The notes: generated by a model not told the origin, from the letters alone. A stretch of DNA of 64,000 nucleotides from a virus (IMGVR_UViG_3300024313_000004:32001-96000), one strand, 5' to 3'. Shown: positions 9,431 to 18,090, counted from the first letter of the stretch. Numbers and translations: made by a program.

Positions 9431-10898
9431 TTATATACCTCCAAAGCCATTGAATATATCCATTACGACTGACAATCTCTCAGTTATTTCTGGCATTCCC
9501 AACGGTTCGATAATCTTATTTATCGGTGCCAAAATACACTTAGCGAATTGAATATCATAATTTATTTCAGGTGCAATCTCAATAGGATAAGAACCTCTGA
9601 TATATGCAAATATATCACCGTTATGTGTATCTTTACAATAATAATATTTTATCTTTGTTCCTGATTTTATAAACTCATATTTTGTTTGTAATAGTTTATT
9701 TTGATTTAATAAGTAATTATGATAAGCACTTGCCTTAACTGCAAAGTGTGCTCCATTTACAAACTTTAATGGTAATGATTTATCGTCAATTACTTTAGCA
9801 TCATAGTTCGAACAAGAAGATTGCATCGCGATATCGTCGATATCTGCTAACTCAAATTCTTTACGTAATGCTTTTATGAGTTTAAGTAAATCTTTGATGT
9901 TGAATGTATTTGAATTCTCAAATAAATATTTAACAATATTGATAATTTTCTCCCTAGCGAAAAGTGGTGTTGATGATCTAACAAGTTCCACTCCTTTTGG
10001 GTATAAGTATGATAATCTTTCATAAGGTATACCATCTTCAAAAGAAACATGTTGTATGTATTTCTTCTTAGCCAGAGATATAATAGATTCTGATATTCTT
10101 TCTAACTCAAAATCTTCTTTATTATCTACTCCAAATCCTGCAGCATAATCTTCTAAACACTGTTTGAAATATCCACCATATCTGTAATGGTCCATTCCGT
10201 GTATATAGTCTACTTCTCTTGACCAGTTCCATTTTACATCACAGGTAAGAGAACCACTTGAAACTAAGTTCATAAAATCTCTATCTTTTATGAATAAACC
10301 ATCTACAATTACCATTTCATAGTCCATTGTTAAAAGCTTTTCAAAGTCATTATAGTTTTCTGCACCACCAAGATAATTTGGATTATCAGTATTGATTTTT
10401 TTTGGTGATAAAACGATAAATTTCTTATCAATCTCACTTAATGATTTTGGATTTAGAAATAAATTCTCCCATTCTGAATGTTCTATTGCAGGTAGGAATG
10501 ATACAAATAAAGAATCGGTATCTGCATATATTGATACTGCTTCATTATTATTTATCTGTGTAACATTTCTAATACAAAGATTTTTATGGAATTCTTCATC
10601 TAAATGCCATTGATTATACCAATAATCTTCATTTACCATATCCATAGTTTTTGTTAAATCCCTTCCTTGTGCTGTAATTGTGCCTGCAACATGATTATTA
10701 TATAATATGAAGTAGGCTGTCGCGAATGCTCCGTAAGAGCCGTTCAGTACTAATTTTAGTCTTTTTGCCCCCAGTAAAAAATACCGGGGGCTAAACAAGA
10801 GCGAGCTGAAGTGCGTTGTAGTATTCCGCTTCCTTCTTTAGCTCGCTCGCTTGTTTTTTTAAAGACTCGATTTTTGATATTTTATCTTCTCGTGTCAT
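9431..10898 (-). CDS. polB: Family-B DNA polymerase, C-terminal subunit (fingers/palm/thumb; gp43B-like), interrupted by a 40-nt coding gap at 10757-10796
   Basis: ORF1 10898-10791 (MTREDK...YYNALQLALV*) joined to the ORF2 frame gives motif B QLALKLVLNGSYG; motif C YADTDS; AKKKY; KGVELVRSS; predicted 475 aa after joining. Confidence 0.88.
10767..10791 (-). other. GC-rich RNA hairpin inside the polymerase coding gap (candidate bypass signal)
   Basis: GCCCCCGGUA-UUUUU-UACUGGGGGC; the G-U pair makes it perfect only on the mRNA strand; no U-tract follows. Confidence 0.8.
10793..10856 (-). other. Long 5' stem-loop covering the proposed take-off codon
   Basis: AAACAAG(CG)AGCGAGCU pairs with AGCUCGCUCUUGUUU (15 bp, 2-nt bulge); inner GAAG/CUUC and GCG/CGC pairs. 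Confidence 0.7.
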
Positions 10899-10921
10899 AT
10901 AATTTATATACTTTTTATTAA

Positions 10922-10960
10922 ATAAGTTCTAAATGGAACTTATACTATTTGATATATATT
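10922..10960. promoter_or_regulatory. Back-to-back divergent promoter-like elements in an inverted repeat
   Basis: ATAAGTTC-TAAATG-GAACTTAT; each arm gives GAACTT followed about 20 nt later by ATAT(A) toward polB (-) or HNH (+). Confidence 0.45.
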
Positions 10961-10978
10961 TAAAATAGTATTATTTAT

Positions 10979-12082
10979 ATGGTAAAGGAGAAAGAAGTTT
11001 TAATTAAAATAAACATTAGAAATAGAGTTCATTTTGAAAGATTGGGGTATTCTATTGATGATGAGATATATGTTTCGGTTGTTGATTTGTTACCTGGTTC
11101 TAAATTTAAAGTCACTGCAATTTGTAAAATTTGTGAATCAGAAAATATACTACCATATAGTAAATATCTGGTAAATAAAAACAGAAATGGTAAAAATTAC
11201 TATTCTTGCTTTCGTTGTAAAACACATGTTAAGGAAAAAACTTGTATGGAAAGATATGGTGTAAAATCATATTCAATGACTAATGAATTTAGGGTATCAG
11301 AAAGTATAAAATGGAGAGGTATTAAAAAGGGTGGAGATAAAGGTGAAAAAACAATGTTGGAAAGGTATGGTGTAACATCATATTTTAAAACCGATAAGAG
11401 TAAAGAATATAATAGTAAATGGATGTCATCTGATGAGTTTAAAGAGAAGTCTAAGAGGACGATGTTGGAAAGATATGGAGTAGATCACTATTCAAAATCA
11501 AGTAAATTCAAAGAGTATATATCCTTAAATAAGGATCATATAGTTAATAAAATTAAAGAAACGTTTATTAATAAATATGGTGTGGATAACGCATTTAAAT
11601 TAGGAAGTTATAAAAAGAAAATGTTAGATTGTAGAGATAGTATTGAATGTAGTAAAAGGGAAACTTGTATGGAAAGGTATGGTGTGGATAATGTATCAAA
11701 AGTGGATATTATTAAAGAAAAGAGGAAAAAAACATTATTAGGTAATGGTCAAATTGTACCGGATGATAAAATAACCTCCTGGGAACTTTATAAAAAAAAT
11801 GTTAGAAATATGACTAAACGGAATAAAAAAATACTATATGAAGTATGGAACGGATTTGACTATTATGATAATGAATTTATTAAAGGTTATCTATCTCATA
11901 CACATACACACCGGTTTTATCCGACGATTGATCATAAAACTTCGGTATATTTTGGGTTTATAAATAAAATAGATCCAAATATAATTGGATCTATTGAAAA
12001 TTTATGCATAACCAAAAGGTTCATAAATTCAACTAAATCTAAAATGTGTGAAGAAGAGTTTTTAAAAATATTAAAGTCTTAA
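10979..12082 (+). mobile_element. Free-standing HNH-type homing endonuclease with ERYGV repeats
   Basis: Five (K/R/E)TxxE(R/K)YGV repeats; CxxC Zn motifs; C-terminal PTIDHK...IENLCITKRFIN H-N-N motif; opposite strand to both neighbours. Confidence 0.75.
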
Positions 12083-12083
12083 A

Positions 12084-12872
12084 TCACTCATCTTCTTCTT
12101 CAAAGTCTTGTTCAAAGCTCAACATTAAATTTGAGTCTTCATGTTTTACTAACATAAAGTTATCAAATATATGAAATTTAACATCACCGGAATCATTTAC
12201 ACATGATAGAAATTTCTTATTAAGTATTAGATTAGAATTTCTTTCATCATCTATTTTATCTATCTCAAGTTCCCATGCCGATGTTTCTGATACAACAACT
12301 TTACCGGAACTTACACCAATTTGTAATATCTTATCACCATTTATATTAGATAGTTTTTTTATATCTGTGAAATCATCTTTACTTATATTGAATGACCATC
12401 TACTATTTTTAATATTAAGACCTTGGTTTAGTTTACTTAAACTCATGTCTTTTATTTCATAATGTTCACCACCAATCCAATTGACTTTTAGTTTACCACC
12501 AACGATTTGTAATGCTCTTGCATCCATTATATCTTCATCATCTTGTGATTCTTTATGTGTTATTTCAATAGTGACTTTCTCATTATCTTTTAAAAAATTT
12601 AAATTTTTAACAAATTTCTTTGCATTTAGGATAATAATATCTATACCATATTCTAAGTCTTCTTTTATTTCAAATAGATCGTTAGTTTTTATAATGTAAT
12701 TTTTAAATGCTAGAATTGTTGCTTTCCCTAGAATAGAATACATCATAATATTCTCACTATCTATCTTAATTTTAATATTATCAGATATCTTAGTAAGGTC
12801 TTCTAACTTAGATATAAACTCTGAAAATTTTTCTGATTTTATTCTAAATTTATCTTTTCCTGATTTTGCCAT
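12084..12872 (-). CDS. Sliding-clamp-like protein (gp45/PCNA fold)
   Basis: 262 aa with duplicated alpha/beta pattern, acidic C-terminus, near the polymerase; no diagnostic motif. Confidence 0.55.
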   Translation of the reverse strand: MAKSGKDKFRIKSEKFSEFISKLEDLTKISDNIKIKIDSENIMMYSILGKATILAFKNYIIKTNDLFEIKEDLEYGIDIIILNAKKFVKNLNFLKDNEKVTIEITHKESQDDEDIMDARALQIVGGKLKVNWIGGEHYEIKDMSLSKLNQGLNIKNSRWSFNISKDDFTDIKKLSNINGDKILQIGVSSGKVVVSETSAWELEIDKIDDERNSNLILNKKFLSCVNDSGDVKFHIFDNFMLVKHEDSNLMLSFEQDFEEEDE

Positions 12873-12942
12873 AAGTAAATTTTATTTCTACACATGATAT
12901 AAAGAAAGTCAAATTTTGTTTATTTTTTTTAATATATAACTT

Positions 12943-13461
12943 ATGATTAAAAAATATAACCAATTTATAAGAGAGTTTATTGAAACAACTGGCTTTGTTG
13001 ATACCAAGATGCAAGAATTAAAGGATCTAATAGATGGTGTGTCCGATGGGGAGAACATTATATATGAGTGGGAGAATAAAGAGGATCATCAATTATTAGT
13101 AAACTTTACAACTGGTGAACTTTCACTTAGATATGAATTTGATATAGATGATTTAAATGTAACTAAGATTGCAGGTGACACCGTGGACTTCAAAACTGAT
13201 GTAGAATCTATAGAAGAAGGATTGGATCTAATAGAGAAAGATATTCAGTCTATATTAGGTATTGATGAAAAAGGTAAAATACCAAAGAAGTATCTTACTA
13301 GAAAACCAAAGGCTATGAAAAAGGAAATTGAGAAATTCAAAGGTAAGAAAGAATATAAAAAGGATTGGGAAGCAGACTACGACAAAAGAAGTGGTAAAAG
13401 GATAAAGACTAAAAAGTCGAGTTCGACTAAGGCGTACCAAAAAATGTTTGGCAAAAAATAA
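12943..13461 (+). CDS. Hypothetical protein (MIKKYNQF family) with basic C-terminal PKKYL domain
   Basis: ORF; TAATATATA at 12930. Confidence 0.75.
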   Translation: MIKKYNQFIREFIETTGFVDTKMQELKDLIDGVSDGENIIYEWENKEDHQLLVNFTTGELSLRYEFDIDDLNVTKIAGDTVDFKTDVESIEEGLDLIEKDIQSILGIDEKGKIPKKYLTRKPKAMKKEIEKFKGKKEYKKDWEADYDKRSGKRIKTKKSSSTKAYQKMFGKK

Positions 13462-13469
13462 ATGATCAT

Positions 13470-13739
13470 ATGAAATATATTAAAAAATATAACGAATTGA
13501 TAAAAGAAAATACTAATCAATCAGAAATTAAAGAATTAGATTCTAATATATTAGATATCTATAATAAAATTTATAAAGAACAATTACTTAAATGTATTAA
13601 ACATTCTATAAAATATAATTTAGGTAGAAATTATAATGAAAAACATGATGCGATTGGTCTAACATATTATAAAATAAAAGAGCTTTATTCTGATAATAAA
13701 GAATTGGTTGAATATGCATATAAAAGGTTTTTAAAATAA
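13470..13739 (+). CDS. Hypothetical protein (MKYIKKYNE family)
   Basis: ORF; shared N-terminal motif. Confidence 0.75.
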   Translation: MKYIKKYNELIKENTNQSEIKELDSNILDIYNKIYKEQLLKCIKHSIKYNLGRNYNEKHDAIGLTYYKIKELYSDNKELVEYAYKRFLK

Positions 13740-13750
13740 ATCATTGTAAT

Positions 13751-14119
13751 ATGAAAAATATATTAACATTCGAATCATTTTCAGAAGAAGTTGATTATGA
13801 AAAATACTTCTATTTAGTAGAAGATATACTTATACTTGAAGAGGTCACTGCGGGTTCAATTGATAATCCCGATTCAAAAGCTGGTAAAATGATTAAAAAC
13901 AAATCAAAACAGAGTGGGATTCCGGTTGGAATTCTTAAAAAGGTTTATAAAAAAGGCCAAGCTGCCTGGAATTCTGGTCATCGTCCAGGGACACCACAAC
14001 AAGCCTGGGCAACTGGTCGTGTAAATAGTTTTATTACTGGGTCTGGTGGTGCAAGAAAAGCTGATGCTGATTTATGGAAAAAGGCAAAGGCAGCTAAAGC
14101 AAAAAAGAAAAAGAAATAG
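13751..14119 (+). CDS. DUF5824-like conserved viral protein
   Basis: IPVGILKKVYKKGQAAWNSGHRPG...WATGRVNSF...ARKADADLW motif. Confidence 0.6.
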   Translation: MKNILTFESFSEEVDYEKYFYLVEDILILEEVTAGSIDNPDSKAGKMIKNKSKQSGIPVGILKKVYKKGQAAWNSGHRPGTPQQAWATGRVNSFITGSGGARKADADLWKKAKAAKAKKKKK

Positions 14120-14121
14120 AT

Positions 14122-14445
14122 ATGAAATATTTAAAATTATATGAAAACTTTGATAACTTAAAAAAGGAAGTTATTGATTTTATAGAGAAAAACTATGATG
14201 AGGTGAAAACTGCAGAAATGTTCGATGATGAAATTTTTAGTAGTAACTGGGTAGATAATGATTGGGATGAAGATGGTGAATATGAATCAGAATATGATTG
14301 GTATGTTGATCATGGAAGAGGTGAAGTAGAGTATGCGGTTATCGAGACCATCAAGGCTGACATTATTAGTAAAATACCTGGTTCTGAAAAATTAGATTTA
14401 CATGATATTATTGTGGATCTTAGAGATTTATTAAATACATATTGA
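14122..14445 (+). CDS. Acidic hypothetical protein (MKYLKLYENF family)
   Basis: ORF; shared N-terminal motif. Confidence 0.75.
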   Translation: MKYLKLYENFDNLKKEVIDFIEKNYDEVKTAEMFDDEIFSSNWVDNDWDEDGEYESEYDWYVDHGRGEVEYAVIETIKADIISKIPGSEKLDLHDIIVDLRDLLNTY

Positions 14446-14451
14446 AATATG

Positions 14452-14478
14452 AAAAGCCACTCAAATGAGTGGCTTTTT
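14452..14478. terminator. Bidirectional terminator, CCACTCA/TGAGTGG family
   Basis: AAAAGCCACTCA-AA-TGAGTGGCTTTT. Confidence 0.85.
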
Positions 14479-14480
14479 CT

Positions 14481-15551
14481 TTATACGTTATATTTAAAGT
14501 TATGATTCTCTTCTATATTAAGAAGTGTTTGATAAATCAACTTAATAACATTCTTAACATCTTCTTTATGTACGGTCTCCACCGTAGTATGCATGTAACG
14601 AAGTGGTAATGAAATCAATACAGAAGGAACTCCACCATTTGAATATGCGAATGCGTCTGTATCTGTTCCTGTGGATGTTGAACTGGCTGCTAACTGGAAA
14701 GGAATTTTATTTTTATCTGCAACATCCAGTACTAATTTTCTTAGTTTGTTATGAACAGCTGGTGCTCTTGTGATAACACCACCATTACCTGCAATAAATT
14801 CACCTTCTTTACTTGGAGTATAACAAGGTGATGATGTTTCATGACAAACATCTGTAATTATCGCTACATTTGGTTTAATTGTTTGTGTAATCATTTGTGC
14901 ACCTCTTAGTCCAATTTCTTCTTGAACAGAATTTACTATATAAAGTTTGAATGGTAATTCTTTACCTTTCTCTTTTAGCTTTCTGGCAACTTCTGCAATC
15001 ATGAATCCACCGATTCTATTATCTAGTGCTCTTCCTGTGTAGTAATCAGTTCCAAGTTTCATAAATTGATCTTTGAAAGTAATTACGGTACCAATATTGA
15101 TACCCATTTGTATAACTTCTTCCTTACTTGATGCACCAACATCAATAAAGATAGAATCTAAATCCGCTTCTTTCTTTCTATAAGAAATATGAATTGCTGG
15201 GTGTCCAAAGATACCATCTACTGGACCTTTATCACCCCAAAGTGTAACTCTCATAGATGGTGCGATTGTCGCATCTGATCCACCATTTCTAATTACTTTG
15301 ATATAACCTTTTGAGTCAATGTGGTTTACCATCCAACTGATTTCATCGCAATGTGCTTCAATTACTACTTTAAAGTCTGAGTCCATATTACCCATAACAC
15401 CATATGCGGTTCCATAGTTATCTAGTTCTACTTTATCAACATATTTAGAGATGTGATCCATCCACATTTTCTGACCACCCAATTCGTATTCGAATCCAGT
15501 TGGTGCATTACTATTTAGGTACTTTTCTAAAAATTTTTCGTCTATTTTCAT
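14481..15551 (-). CDS. M42-family metallo-aminopeptidase (FrvX/YsdC-like)
   Basis: EAHCDEI, RALDNR, VQEEIGLRGA, DVCH, GTDTD, LPLRYMH metal-ligand motifs. Confidence 0.92.
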   Translation of the reverse strand: MKIDEKFLEKYLNSNAPTGFEYELGGQKMWMDHISKYVDKVELDNYGTAYGVMGNMDSDFKVVIEAHCDEISWMVNHIDSKGYIKVIRNGGSDATIAPSMRVTLWGDKGPVDGIFGHPAIHISYRKKEADLDSIFIDVGASSKEEVIQMGINIGTVITFKDQFMKLGTDYYTGRALDNRIGGFMIAEVARKLKEKGKELPFKLYIVNSVQEEIGLRGAQMITQTIKPNVAIITDVCHETSSPCYTPSKEGEFIAGNGGVITRAPAVHNKLRKLVLDVADKNKIPFQLAASSTSTGTDTDAFAYSNGGVPSVLISLPLRYMHTTVETVHKEDVKNVIKLIYQTLLNIEENHNFKYNV

Positions 15552-15654
15552 TTATTTAAGTTTAAGTTTACTTTATTTTATATGTATTTTTTTAATTTTG
15601 TTTACTGAACAAATAGTATTGTATAATATATAAACAGAGTAAACTTAAATTATA

Positions 15655-16026
15655 ATGAAATTTAGATTAAAAGAAGATTGGTATATTTATAACTTTTTTG
15701 ATAAAGTAAAAATCTATGATAAGGGAGAAGTATTTTTACCTGACGATGATGGTAGATATATGATGAAGGATTTTGATGGTAAAGAAATGTTCCTAAGGTT
15801 TGATGATATGTTAAGTGTTAAAGGTATTGGTGAAGATGGTTTACCTGGAGAACCAATATTTGAGGTAATTGATGAACAAGAGATTGAGTTACTTGTTGAG
15901 GAAGTTCCTGAGGATAAAGATAATGAGATAAAGAACTGGCGAATACAGTTGGATGTTAAAACATCTTTGAAAAATCTTAAAAAGATAGAAATTTTTATTA
16001 AAGAAAATATTAAAGAAATGTTATGA
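15655..16026 (+). CDS. Hypothetical protein
   Basis: ORF; 4-nt overlap with the next gene. Confidence 0.7.
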   Translation: MKFRLKEDWYIYNFFDKVKIYDKGEVFLPDDDGRYMMKDFDGKEMFLRFDDMLSVKGIGEDGLPGEPIFEVIDEQEIELLVEEVPEDKDNEIKNWRIQLDVKTSLKNLKKIEIFIKENIKEML

Positions 16027-17108
16027 ATATAAATACTGCGAATGTGAGTTATTCTTCCATAGTACAAATAGGGGAAAATATAACCAAAATTGAAAAAGAA
16101 ACTGGTGAAAAATATCTAAAACTACACCGAGGTGTAATGGATGTTACTACATTAGATATTGATTCTTTAAAATTGGATCTTAATCTAAATAATACAAAGA
16201 CTCAACAATATAGTGGTAATGATGGTAGTTTAGAATTGATTGATACTATAAAAGAAGAGTTTGGTTTAGAAGGTCATGTCGTTATGACACCTGGTGGAAT
16301 GGCAGGTTTAGATTTGATTATAAACTCTTTAGGTGACCAAACTATCTGGATCCCTAACTATCATTGGGGTTCTTGGAATAAGATACTTACAACACATGGA
16401 AAGGATATTAAAACATTTGATGATCTTAACATTGATGATTTCATGCCTAAAGATGGTGTGGTTATGCTTTGTTATCCATCAAACCCTACTGGTTATTGTC
16501 CAGATTCTGAGATTATTAAAAGTTTCCTTATAAGAGCTAGAGAAGCGGGTGTTACGGTTATATTAGATTTACCATATTACTATCTTTTTAATGATGTAAA
16601 TGATGGTTTATCTGATTTCTTTTTTGATAATGTTATTTTAGTATCTTCTTTTTCTAAATCTATTGGTCTTTCAGGATATCGAGTTGGATTTATATCAACT
16701 AAAAATGAAGAATTGTATCAGACACTTAGAATAAGGTCATTATATAAATATAATTCAATTTCAAATTTACCACAATTTATAATAAATGAACTTCTTAAAG
16801 AAAAGACTGCTATAACTGAATATAGAAAGAAGACTGTTGATAGTATCAAAAAAAATATAATGGTTCTTGAGATGCACGGACTTCTATTTGATGAATATCC
16901 AGTATTACCAACTGGTCCATTTGCGGTTGTAAATGTTTCATATGATGAATTATTGAAATATAAAATATCTAGTGTACCTTTAAGTAAGTTTACTTTGAAT
17001 AAACAACTGAAACATGAAAATTGTAGTAGGATATCGGTGGCGGTTGATCATAAAGTGTTCTGGGAGTATTTTGAGAAAATGTTTGTAAATGAAAAAACCA
17101 CTTTTTAA
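16023..17108 (+). CDS. PLP-dependent aminotransferase class I/II
   Basis: YPSNPTG, ILDLPY, SSFSKSIGLSGYRVG (PLP lysine), RIS. Confidence 0.88.
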   Translation: MNINTANVSYSSIVQIGENITKIEKETGEKYLKLHRGVMDVTTLDIDSLKLDLNLNNTKTQQYSGNDGSLELIDTIKEEFGLEGHVVMTPGGMAGLDLIINSLGDQTIWIPNYHWGSWNKILTTHGKDIKTFDDLNIDDFMPKDGVVMLCYPSNPTGYCPDSEIIKSFLIRAREAGVTVILDLPYYYLFNDVNDGLSDFFFDNVILVSSFSKSIGLSGYRVGFISTKNEELYQTLRIRSLYKYNSISNLPQFIINELLKEKTAITEYRKKTVDSIKKNIMVLEMHGLLFDEYPVLPTGPFAVVNVSYDELLKYKISSVPLSKFTLNKQLKHENCSRISVAVDHKVFWEYFEKMFVNEKTTF

Positions 17109-17119
17109 GTGGTTTTTTT
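17092..17119. terminator. Intrinsic terminator, CCACT/AGTGG family
   Basis: AAAAAACCACTT-TTT-AAGTGGTTTTTTTT. Confidence 0.8.
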
Positions 17120-17131
17120 TATATATAGTAT

Positions 17132-17278
17132 ATGAAGCATTTAAAATCTTATAAGTTATTTGAAAATTTGGGATCGCTACCAGTTAAGAGATTTCCTACT
17201 GGTCCGGCAATTCATTTTAATTATTTAGAGGGTATACTAAAATCGGCTGGTATCGATATGTATAGAGATTCGAACTGA
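17132..17278 (+). pseudogene. 48-aa ORF (MKHLKSYKLFENL...), possibly a truncated gene
   Basis: Not in the track; promoter-like TTTATATATA upstream; protein-like in-frame text continues past TGA to about 17377. Confidence 0.4.
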
Positions 17279-17388
17279 TGGAACGTTTATAAAGGAATAA
17301 CATACGAGGGTATGACATCGTTTTAATGTGCTATACACGTTGTTAGCCACAGTAATTTAACAGATAAAATTAAATAGAATTAAATAGA

Positions 17389-18090
17389 ATGAAATACTTA
17401 GGAAGTAAAAATAGAATAGCAAAACACATATTACCATTAATGCTTGAAGGTAGAACCAATGAAACTTGGGTAGAGCCTTTTGTTGGGGGTGCTAATATTA
17501 TTGATAAAGTAAAAGGGAATAGAATAGGTGCAGACAAGAATGATTATTTGATACATCTATTTAAGTCATTACAGAAAGGATACGAGCCACCTAAAGAAGT
17601 TAGTAAAGATTTCTTTTTTGAAGTTAAGGCAAATGAAGATAAGTACCCTAAAGAGTTGTATGCTTATTTAGGTTTTGGATTAACTTTTGGTTGTGAATGG
17701 TGGGGCAGTTTTAGAAGGGATAATACAGGTAAAAGAAAATATGACTTAGAAGCATATAATAATGTGATGAAACAAGACTTAAACGGTATTAATTTTATTT
17801 GTAGTGACTATAAAGATTTAGAGGTACCTAAAAATAGTATAATTTACTGCGACCCACCATACGAAGGTGTTAGAAAATATATCGGATTTAAGGATTTTAA
17901 CCACAATGATTTTTGGGAATGGTGTAGAATTAAGACAAAGGAAGGTCATAAGGTTTTTATTTCTGAATATAATGCTCCAATAGACTTTAAATGTATTTGG
18001 GAGAAAGAAATATCTGCAAGTGCAAATAACTCTATAAAAAACGGACAAGGTAAAAAAGCAACTGAGAAGCTATTTATGTATTGTGGCTAA
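17389..18090 (+). CDS. DNA adenine methyltransferase (Dam/D12 class)
   Basis: YLGSK, EPFVGG (SAM binding), IYCDPPY (catalytic), FISEY. Confidence 0.88.
   Translation: MKYLGSKNRIAKHILPLMLEGRTNETWVEPFVGGANIIDKVKGNRIGADKNDYLIHLFKSLQKGYEPPKEVSKDFFFEVKANEDKYPKELYAYLGFGLTFGCEWWGSFRRDNTGKRKYDLEAYNNVMKQDLNGINFICSDYKDLEVPKNSIIYCDPPYEGVRKYIGFKDFNHNDFWEWCRIKTKEGHKVFISEYNAPIDFKCIWEKEISASANNSIKNGQGKKATEKLFMYCG

Noticed and set aside
10767-10796. Polymerase hairpin as an intrinsic terminator
   Set aside because: It is followed by AAAAAG, not a U-tract, on the pol strand; on the + strand it has an A-C mismatch and no U-tail; and it lies inside an essential motif.
10757-10796. Group I/II intron or intein in polB
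   Set aside because: Forty nucleotides is far too short for a ribozyme core, and the insert is not a multiple of 3, so it cannot be an intein.
9431-10798. The track's 455-aa ORF (TTG start, MFSPRYFLLGAKR) as the real polymerase
   Set aside because: The N-terminus is just the translated hairpin and lacks the conserved Gln and preceding fingers helix, which are encoded upstream in another frame from ATG 10898.
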